NCBI GenBank assembly: GCA_964252035.1
Contig: OZ176206.1
DNA: 64,000 nucleotides
Strand: one strand, 5' to 3'
Source of the DNA: Podarcis erhardii
Lineage: Eukaryota
The notes below the pieces were generated by a model. It worked only from the letters and a program-made list of their open reading frames with translations, was not told the DNA's origin and did not search any database. The position numbers were made by a program, and so were the translations under genes. Positions 12,538 to 22,388 of this stretch are shown in pieces (position 1 is the first letter of the stretch; each line of letters starts with the position of its first letter).

Positions 12538-15500
12538 TAGGTTGATGTTGTGGTCATAGTTATGGTACTTCCTTAATGCATGAAAGGTGAGATGAGACTT
12601 CCAGAAGGGCACACACTTGGTCCTGGAGAAGCTCAACCATCATGATGTGAATGTTGCCTCCTGACTCTGCAATGTGGTCTTCATATTCCTCCTCCCCAAG
12701 TAGCACCACATGACTGCTCTCTAGTAAGTGTCCAGAAGCAAAGGAAAACAACAGAAGGGAGGGTTGGGAGCACCAAGGTTTAAATGTGAGTAAGCCAATG
12801 CATTTTTGGTTGGGAATAAGGATGAAGCAGTTAGGCCAAAAAGAAAAAAGGTTAAGTTACAGACAATGTAGGTTTTGAGACTGTGAGATGGGGATCACAC
12901 CATGCAGTTAGGTGTCAAAGGGTGGAGTTCCAGGCGTAGGAGCCAGAACTGTATGAAGAAGGGCAGAGCTGGAAGAATAGAGGCAACAGGCAGGAATGGT
13001 TGGGCATTAAGGGTGGAGGACAGAATGATGCACGTGCATTGAGAGCTTTTGGGTGAAACCTCACGGTTCTTGGATCAGCATTCTTCAATGCCTGCTGCTC
13101 TGCAGCAACGTTGCAGCCCAGGATGCCCCCCAAGTTGAGCTGGGAGGCGTCAAAGCAGGAGAAGTACCCAGCCGTGCCAAGTCACAGGAACCTTCCAGCA
13201 GCAACTCAAAATTTCAAAACAAGTGCAGAAAGTTTGGAATCTCTCCAGAGGCACAGCGAGGGCCCGTTTTCGAAATAACTTAATCATGCTCTCAGGCAAA
13301 CGGCCGTCATCGATGAAGCTGCTCCCAGCTCAAGAACCAATAAACCCAGGCACTTTCGTGTTTCAGGCTTGTGTATTTTAAAGCTGTCAAAACGTCAGCC
13401 AGAAGCAGCAATGCAGGAAGACCCTTTCCCATGTGTGCCATGGATTTGTGTAGGTGCAGTGTTGGTTTGTAAAACAGCCATCTGCCAATCTTCTCGCTCT
13501 TCCCTCTGCCCCAGGCCAAATGCAGCCAGCCTCTAGTCACATGCTGCAGAGCTGTAGCTGCATCCCTTGGGCCAGTGCGCCCAGTCTCTTGGCATACTGG
13601 CTTAACTGGGTCTTGGATGGCACCTAGCTTGGTGATGGAGGACCTGCTTTCTATGCCAAAGGCCCCAAATTCATTCCCTAGCATCTTCAGCAGAACACAC
13701 CAGAGCTCTGGAGGGCTGCTGCTAATTAGAATAGACAGTAGTGGAGTGTGTGTGGTACAGAGCTGGGGATTGCATCCCCATCACCCCAGTCCTTCTTGTG
13801 GTATGTAGGGTCATGGTTGGAACTACTGAGACAGCGGGGGGCATGCAGCTTTTAGTTCAGGACTTTAAAGTTCAGTAGCATGAGCTGGATCATGGCACGC
13901 AGTAGGCAGGAAGAAACTCCTATGTTGGCCAAGGAAGAGCAGAGAGTCAGGCTTCCAGGCCCACAATGGTTCACTGAGCCGGATCTAGTCTCAGTCCCTG
14001 ATATGTTCTTGTTTCAAGGCCCAGATTCCTTGATCTAGCCTCCCAGCTGTGTTCGCAATTAGTTGCAGCATCTAGGTGCACTAATGTGTCTTGAAGCGCT
14101 CCAGCATTAAGACTCAAATCGGTGCCAAACATCTCTAACCTTCTAAAGCCCCTGGGCTGAGCTTTACCTTGAGCCTCCTTGGATCAAGATGGCTACAGAT
14201 CAGTAACTGCCTGGCTTTTTAAACAATTGTCACATGTTTTGGACAGTGGCCTGGTGCAAAGATTCCTGAGCTTTCTCAGGCGGGTGAAGTCAGTCTGGGC
14301 TGATGAACACAGCGGCATTTCCTCTCTTCAAAGTCTTCTCTCAAACTATGGAATGTATTTTTATATTCATATTTGGTCGTATCTTCAAGTCTGAGCATTG
14401 TACAGCATCCTAAAAGATAACAGTTGTATAAAATGCCAAATATATTGCAGATATAAACACGCAGCTGAAATAACACAACACCAATGCGGATTCCCTGCGG
14501 CTAAAAGCTTGCCCAAATAAAAAGTGTCTTTCAGATGTGGCTTTCCTTTTCTTTTCATTATCTGCCCCCCCTTCCCCCCTGAACAGCTGGTGCTTTATAT
14601 CCATCATTGTCGTAAGCGTTCTGCTCTTTTATTTTTATTTTTTTAAACTCTAGTTGTGGTGTGGTGAATTGGTTATGAACTTCGTGCATCGTTTTTGTGT
14701 ACACTAAAATGATGTGTTGGGTTGTTTTCCCTATTAGGTACTTAAAAGCACTTCCAAAACCTGCTCCATTGTTGCTGTCCAATAGAAGTTTCTATACCTT
14801 ATCTTAGCACCCAGAACTTGCAGAGCAAAGAGGCTGTCTGGATTTTAGAGCAGCCTAAAGGCCATTTCCCTTTGGGCCTAAGGAATCTGACGTCAAGACT
14901 GACAGTAGGGTGGTCAGATCTACCCTGGGTGTGGCTGATGGAGGTGGGACCTTTGCAGAGGAATTCTTGCCCTACTGTTTTTGGCAACTTTTCTTCATTC
15001 TTGGCTGAGCTGGATATGCTTGTCCTTTTATCTCTAGCCCCACCCCCTCCAGTGGTATAAATCACATGCAGGAAGCATTTGTTTCTGGCCAGTATGAATG
15101 AGCACACCTTCTCTTCTGTAAACAGAGTAAGACAGCACTCCTTGGTTGGAAGTTGGCATCCTTGGAAAGGTACTCTGTTCTCAGGGAGTGACCATAGTTC
15201 AGTGGAAGGACACATGCTTTGGATGCAGAAGTCTTGGGTTAGATGGCTCTGGGTAGCAAGTCTGGTAAAGACTCCCACTGCCTTTGCCCTGTAGCAAAGC
15301 AACCAGTCAGAGGAAGAGAAAAAGCTAATGCTGGGACCATCTTATTTGGGTAAATTGCAAGGCAACTGCTAGTATTGGGACCCACAGATGGTTTTCCTTT
15401 TCCTGGATGATCCCTGACCCAAAGGATCTTAAGTGCATTTTTGCCAGTGTCACACATGTGCCCTTTCCCCTCTGGTATTCTGAACCATGGAGCAGGCAGC

Positions 15501-16513
15501 TGCTGGCAGTGACTCTGTGATTTTAGACACTGCAACATACCCTTGTTTTTTCTTTTCCTCCTTGTGCTCTTTCTCCCTTGGGTGTTGAAGATGGGTTAAA
15601 CATCAAACAAACAAAAAGTAACCTGTGTGCTGTTGACCCCAAATTTTGGATTCTGTGACCCACATAAGATCACTCCACTTAATTTTGCATATTGGTTTCT
15701 GCTAGTTTGTGTGCAGAAGCAATGAAGTCTCAGCTGGAATCCCTGGGAACCACCTTTGGCCTCTACCCCACTGGCTTTTGAGGTTTTAGCAGTCAGTTCT
15801 CCCTTGTTTCCCAAGCTGTCTTTGCAATTTCCTTTTCTTACGATACAAGCTGAGATTCCCAGGTAGCTGAAAACTCCTGACTTTCCAACATTTATCATAT
15901 TCTTAAACTCTTATGTAGAATTGTAGAAGGATGAGAGGCCAGAGGGCATCTAATTTACCAGGTGGTGTGCTCTGCAAGTGTCTGGTTTTAACTCTGCAAC
16001 TAAATAGAAGGCACCTTTTATGGTCTGCACTAGTGCATGAGTCCCAAACCATGTTTTGGAGTCCAGGGTTTGTAGAGAGCAAGGGGCCTTACTTATCTCA
16101 GGTTCCAAGCAATTCCAACAAAGAAACAGCTGAGCGTTTTATTTTCCCCCCTTCCTGACTCCAAAAATAAAACATATCTCAAAATACCTTTTGTCTCCTA
16201 GCCCAGCATGGGGTAGCTGCCCTTTCATCTTCCTGTCTGACTCGTTACACAATTAGAGGTGGATATGATGGTGAGTTTTCTAGGTGCTGTTCCAACTAAG
16301 AACTTGCTAGGCTGTGCTTGTGTCATGCTGGAGGTGGGCAAGGAGAGCCCAAGGAGCCAGTACACCTGTGACCCAAATACATTGCCCACCTCTGACTCAG
16401 AGCGGTCCATCTCAGAAGGCTCCATGTAACTAAAGTCTCCCCTCTCTACTGGAGTAAATGACCACTGGAAGAGAGAGGCTGGTGCCCTTTCAGCAAAAAG
16501 AGTACCTCTAAGT

Positions 16514-16649
16514 CAAGCATCCCCAAATTCAGCCCTCCAGATGTTTTGGGACTACAACTCCCATCATCCCTAGCTAACAGGACCAGTGGTCAGGGATGAT
16601 GGGAATTGTAGCCCCAAAACATCTGGAGGGCCGAGTTTGGGGATGCCTG
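16514..16649. mobile_element. 136-bp palindromic hAT MITE
   Basis: Near-perfect inverted arms and a perfect 8-bp TSD CTCTAAGT (16506-16513 and 16650-16657). Confidence 0.9.
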
Positions 16650-17111
16650 CTCTAAGTGAAGGAGGAACAAAGCTGCAAGTTGAGAATTAACTGCACCTGA
16701 AGCTCTGCTCTCATGCAGAACTCAAGGAGCTGTCCAGGGTACCTTTTGTCTTGCCTCTGCTAAGGTCAGCATCAGAAGGCAAGCAAACATTTAACCAAAG
16801 CAATGGTTCAGTTTAGCCAAACCATGGTGCTTTGGGGGCAAGCCCCATGAGCATGCCCTTCCCCCCCCTCCTCCTCATGAGCGTTCATCTTCTGCTGCTT
16901 TCTGGTACGATCAGACTCTAGCTGCACATTCCACCTTCACCAGCAAGCAAGATTTGTGCTTGCCTCCTGAGCAAGGTGGCCCAGCCAGCTTCAAACCACA
17001 ATTGCATTCTGGTTTGGAGGACAGTTTCAAAAAATTGTTTCAAATGTAGCAAGAAACTGTGGTTTGATCAAACTAGGATGTAGGTAGTTGAAGTAGATGA
17101 AGTCTCTGTGA

Positions 17112-17158
17112 AGGCTTGTCCTCTTAACACCAAGGAGGCTTGTCCTCTTAACACCAAG
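17112..17158. repeat. 24-bp tandem duplication (AGGCTTGTCCTCTTAACACCAAG twice)
   Basis: Direct reading. Confidence 0.9.
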
Positions 17159-17966
17159 CTATAGTTTGGCTGATGTGGGCAAAGCTGATATTGGCCATCA
17201 TCAGCCTGATGCCTTCCAGATGGTTTTGGACTGGGAATCCCATCAGTTGCCACCAGCATGATTGTGCTTCCATCAGCCCCAGTGGCCTGCCTCATGGCCT
17301 CCAGACCTTCCTCAAGGCCCAGATTTAAATATTTTTTCCTTCCTGTGTCCACAGAACAGCAATGGTAATGAGAGGCTACTCGTTCTAAGAACACAAAGGT
17401 TTATCTATCGACATCTCTCTTTCTTCCAAACAACTCTTTGTTCCCTGCTCGCTCCCCGGGGATGCAAACCGTTTTACAGTATATAATTTAATTCTTTTCT
17501 TTTATGGCAGCCTTTCTCTCTTCTGCTCCAACAGTGTTATCGCTGGAAAATTAAATTAAAACTGTTAAGGGAACAATCCACCAGGCTCTGCCGAGGCACA
17601 AGAACAATTGAAAGGAACGCAGCCGCGGAACTGCCAAGCTGGGTGGATTCCTCCCTTTTTCTTGCATACAGGCTCTTTTGTGAAGTTGGGGTCAGGGGTC
17701 AGGAACCAGCCATGTACAGGTCACATGTGTGGCTTAATACTGTGGTTTTATTCTTGATGTGGGTGCTGCTGATATTTCACTGTAAACTGTAAATTTTATT
17801 TTGTAAACTGCTTTGAGGCCACTTCTGACAAAAAGCAGCATATAAACATGTTAAACAGTAATCCTCATAATATATGGATGTGACGTGTAATTGTGTTTGT
17901 TTGCCTTTAGTACTACGCCTGGTTATAAATGCTCCGAACGGCATAGTACCTTACCAACTATTTAAT

Positions 17967-18310
17967 GGAGCTGTGGGTTAAACCACAGAGCCTAGGACTT
18001 GCCAATCAGAAGGTCGGCGGTTCGAATCCCCGCGATGGGGTGAGCTCCCGTTGCTCGGTCCCTGCTCCTGCCAACCTAGCAGTTCAAAAGCACGTCAAAG
18101 TGCAAGTAAATAAATAGGTACTGCTCCGGTGGGAAGGTAAACGGCGTTTCCGTCCGCTGCTCTGGTTCACCAGAAGTGGCTTAGTCATGCTGGCCACATG
18201 ACCCGGGAGCTGTACGCCGGCTCCCTCAGCCAATAAAGCAAGATGAGCGCTGCAACCCCAGAGTTGTCCGCGACTGGACCCTAATGGTCAGGGGTCCCTT
18301 TACTTTTACC
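17967..18310 (+). mobile_element. Sauria (Squam1) SINE, slightly 5'-truncated
   Basis: tRNA-like head (GCTGTGGGTTAAACC, GGTTCGAATCC), characteristic body and a CCTTTACTTTTACC tail. Confidence 0.9.
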
Positions 18311-20029
18311 CTAACCACTTGTTGTTGTTGGTGGTGGTTGTTATTTTGAGGGGGAAGTGGTCCCAGTGCACTCTGCCAAATACACCTCCTCTTGGGATAT
18401 GGGAGTTGGCCGTCTGAGGCCTGAGGCCGTGGAGATGAGTGGAAGCTGAAAGACAAGAGTTTGTGTGAGGGAGAGAGGGCAGGATGAAGCAGACAGGCAG
18501 GTGCAGAGAAGTCCCGGCTTCCTTGCCTCAACCAAACATTCTACTCGCTTTCCATGTTTCTGAATTACATATTAAAATGGACGTGAGAGGTTGGGGGGGG
18601 GGTCTCTTGGAAGCGACTCCTTGTGTATCATCCTGCTTTGCCGAGGTCAGTTGCCTCTCCTTCACACCTACTTTGAACCCATTTCATGGAGATTTGCGGG
18701 TGGGGTGGGGTGGATAGTAGGGCATGCATCCTGAGCTCGAGGTTTGATGTTAGAAAGCTCTCACGGCCCTGGTGCACAAAGGCAGAGATGTTATCCTGTC
18801 CCTGCATCTCCATGGTGTAAGCCCTGTATGTCTGGAACAAAGAGTTCAGTGCATTGCTGAAAGGGACCCACCTTGGCCTGTTTTGTTTTTCTTTTCAGCC
18901 CTGTGCACTCTTACCTGCTCCTGCTATCTCTTGCATGTGTACATAGAATCACAGAATTTTAAAGTTGAAAGGATCCCACAAGAATCATCTCGTTCACCCC
19001 ATGCAGCAGTTGACACATACATAGGGTCATGGCACATGAAAACCTAGATGTTTTGTGATTTCCATTATCCCTGGGACTGGGTCATGGGACTTTGTGGGGA
19101 GAGGACAGTCCAGGGAAGGGGGTAGGTGAGCAAGTGAGGGGCGGCACTTGTCACCCTGCACTCCTTCCCCTTGACTTCAGGAGCCTGACATTTCCAGTGA
19201 GGAGGCGGCTGCGTTTTGCCGCGGCTGTTGAGCGATAAAGAGGAAAGCCGCATTGTGAGCCGAAGCCTCTGCATCCGGTGATAAAAATCAGCCATCTGGG
19301 TGTTTACAGCAATTGCTTATTGGCATTCTATGGAAATGTCTCTCCAGGCAGCGTCCTGTGGAATTAGGTAGCACAGCTGTGATCGTTTCATACAAGAACA
19401 CGAGTTATTTTAAAATTTCCGACGGTTTATTAGTTCTATAAAATGGGCTTCAAATAAGTAAGCATTTCTAACCAGAAATAGGGAGCAATAAGCAGATGCG
19501 GGCAGCTTGGCAGGCTGCAAGTTGTCTGGTTGTGTGTTTTTTTCTTTCTTTTTCTGCTGGCTTTTTCTTTCTCTGTTTCAAGACACTGCACTGGAGGGTT
19601 GAAGGATGTCAGTGACCTGCTGTGAGTAGAATGGTAATTCCAGCATACGAGAGGAAGGGTACTTCTGCCTCCCTTTGCAGGAGCAGGAGCATCACAGCCA
19701 ACATCTGAGAAGGTGGGGGGCTTGCAGGCTGTCCAGTGGTTTGTGCCTGTTCTCCATTTGGCTTGATGACTGTAGGTGGGGGTTTCCCACAGCAGTTTTC
19801 GTGGGCCGCAGGTAGCAGCCATGTGCAGAAGTGGCATAGCTTTGCCAAGGGATGAGCTGAGGTGGTGCCTTTGGAGGGTCAGGTTATGGGGGAGGAAACT
19901 AGTCGTTTTTGCAATTATTACTTTTACCAGGCATAGGGCAGCTCCATCTCAGCTGGTGAAATACCTTGAGGCCACAGGATCTTGCACCCCTCCCCACACC
20001 AGTACATGGAAATAGGAGTGTTCCAGATG

Positions 20030-20132
20030 TAAACCTGGAGTCCTCCTGGTGCTGTTTGGACTACAATTCCTATCAACCCCAGCAAGTGGTAAGGGATTAT
20101 AGTAGCTGGACTCCAGCAACATCTGGAGAACA
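20030..20132. mobile_element. Degenerate hairpin hAT MITE copy
   Basis: TCCAGATGT...GGACTACAATTCC...ACATCTGGA inverted arms. Confidence 0.55.
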
Positions 20133-21755
20133 CCAAAGACTGCTCTAGTGGGAATCATAGAATTATAGGGTTGGAAGGGACCCAAAGGGCCGTCTAGTCC
20201 AACCTCCTGCAATTCAGGAATGGGTTGGAGCCAAAGGTGGGTCAGAGCCAAAGCTGCAAGTCTCTTGTCCCTTATCTCAGTTCAAAATATGGTCCTTGTG
20301 AAACACTGGTTGGTGGCAGCTCTTTTTATTAGAAAATGGCCTGAAGATCTTTGATGATGCAGCAGAAGCAGCGTGGAAGCCCAGCCATTCTGAGTCTCGT
20401 CAGCATCTAAATGGCGAGGCACCTGGGGACCTCCTGAGGCGTTCTCAGGTGGGAGGGGGAGCACAGCATAAATGAAGCGCATGAGCAAAAGAAAAGCAAA
20501 ACACTGTAATTGTTAAATATCTGGGATGGGTTGCAGATCGCCTGCCATGCCCTGATGATCAAGGGATCGTGTGGCCACTTGTTTGAGTTTGTAGTTCATT
20601 TGGCCTTCTTCAGTACAGATGCTTCCATGCCTGGCATTTAAAATGAGAAGAGGAGAGCAACAGCAGAGTACATGAATTCAGTTTCACGCTCTCTGGCCCC
20701 ATTTGCATCAGCAGCTCAAATGGTTTTTTCTTGAAATGCCACGAAGTGGCTGAGGGTGTCATCTGAGCATTGGACTGTGTCCTCCTCCTTTTCCCTAGAG
20801 CGGCCGTTGCTGAAAATCCCATGAGGTTCTGAAAGCCTCTAACACTTGCACACAGCTCATTGTGGTTGCACAGCTGTGAGCATCTCCACTCGGCAAAAAG
20901 GCGCCTATTGCAACCTTGTTTATTTCCACTCCATGCTTCTGTGAGCAGAGTTATGCTCAGTGGTGTGCCGTCGGCAGCCTGTGTTATATTCTGGATGCAA
21001 GCGCAGCCTCTCTCTCCTCCTCGTGTGCCAGGACCCGTCTTGGGTAACACCGCACATTCTCAGTTTCAGGCTGGTGCAAATGAAAGGGGAGTTGTGACGA
21101 GCAGAGCTATATTTCCCGAAAGAGAGAATTCTAAAATAAGATTGCAGGGTGCACTCAGAAAGGTTGGCCTGGGGATTCTGAAAGCACGTCTTCGACTGTC
21201 ACCTCGAAGCGGCAGAAGATTGCACAGTGACCTTGTTCTATATCGGTGTGAAAAATATGCCTTGACCTGCCTTTCTCATATCACCTTTGCCATGAATGGT
21301 GGATTTAGTTTAGCAGGAAGATGTTCTTCTCCTGAATTAAGTTTCCCAGAGGCGCCTCTCTGGTGTTGCTTGCTGGCTGCGCTCCATCAGGCTCTGTCCT
21401 GCAGAAATTAATTGTGTGTGCCTTTGCATGCTTTTCAGCCTCTCTCTGGGTTGCAGCCGTGGGTTCTGTTCTGCTAGTTGAGGCAGGCTCCTTTTGTCGC
21501 TGGATGACTCTCAACTGGATGTGTGAACCGACTCTTGAAAAGCAGTGCTTTTGAAATGGTAGGAGGCAATGCAAGGCAGCCCATTCTCTCAGGCAAGCCA
21601 TCAGTCCGTGTCTCTCTCTCCCCCCCCCCCCATAATTTGGCAGTCATCAGATGATCAACACGCATGTGTGAAATTGCCTTTAGCCATGGTAGGAATTCTC
21701 TTGTGTATTTTGGGCAATAAAGCGGGGGGTGATCCTTGGGAACCAGTTGTGATCC

Positions 21756-22388
21756 AAGGGCCATGCCTCAGGAGCAGAGCACAAGGTTTTGCATACAGAA
21801 GGTCCCAAATTCAATCCCTGGCTTCTCCAGGAAGGGCTGGGAGGGACTCCTGCCTGAACCCCTGGAGAACAGCTGCCAGTCAATATAGATCAGGGGTGGC
21901 CAGAAGATGGATCAGGATCTACTGGTGGATATCTGGGTGCTGTGAAGTAAATCAGCAAGGATTTGTGATTCTCGGTTGTTCAGCAATACCAACAAAACTG
22001 ACTTCAGGAAACTCTAACAAAAGAAAATAAAAAGTAAGGGGGGGCAGTTTCCAGGAGAGGAAAACGTGTGAGCTCTGTTCAATTTTGGAGCTCAAAATAA
22101 ATTCCTGGTCTCTGAAAGATATTTATCTTTTGTACCAGGTGAAACACATTAGATCTCTCAAGCCTGATGTCTACAATAGACAATACTGTACTGATTTATA
22201 GAAACATAGAGTTGGAAGGAACTCTGAGGATTATCTAGCCCAACCCCTGTATTGCAGGAATATGCAGTCGTCCCATACAGGGATCGAACCTGAAACCTTG
22301 GTGTTTTCAGCAGCACACTCTAACCAACTGAGCTATCCAGGTGAACCAGTGGTCTGACTCAGTGTAAGGCAACATCCTTTATTCCTAT
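21756..22388 (+). mobile_element. tRNA-Ala-like SINE interrupted by two later insertions
   Basis: 5' part at 21756-21890, TAGACAATACTG at 22177-22188, 3' part at 22341-22388. Confidence 0.65.
22198..22340 (-). mobile_element. SINE with a tRNA-Ile-like head and a CR1-like tail
   Basis: Head GGATAGCTCAGTTGGTTAGAGTGTG...CCAAGG...GGTTCGATCCC; tail CCTTCCAACTCTATGTTTCTAT. Confidence 0.8.

Noticed and set aside
14799-15302. 167-aa minus-strand ORF and other 60-150 aa intronic ORFs
   Set aside because: No recognisable domains or supporting splice structure. The lengths are compatible with chance.
16514-16649. Hairpin as a miRNA precursor or CRISPR-like repeat
   Set aside because: It is explained as a MITE with an 8-bp TSD. 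There is no repeat-spacer array and I recognise no miRNA.
22120-22145. AG/GT recursive-splice-like site mid intron 4 (ttttgtaccag/gtgaaa)
   Set aside because: The donor is weak and the site lies inside a TE insertion.
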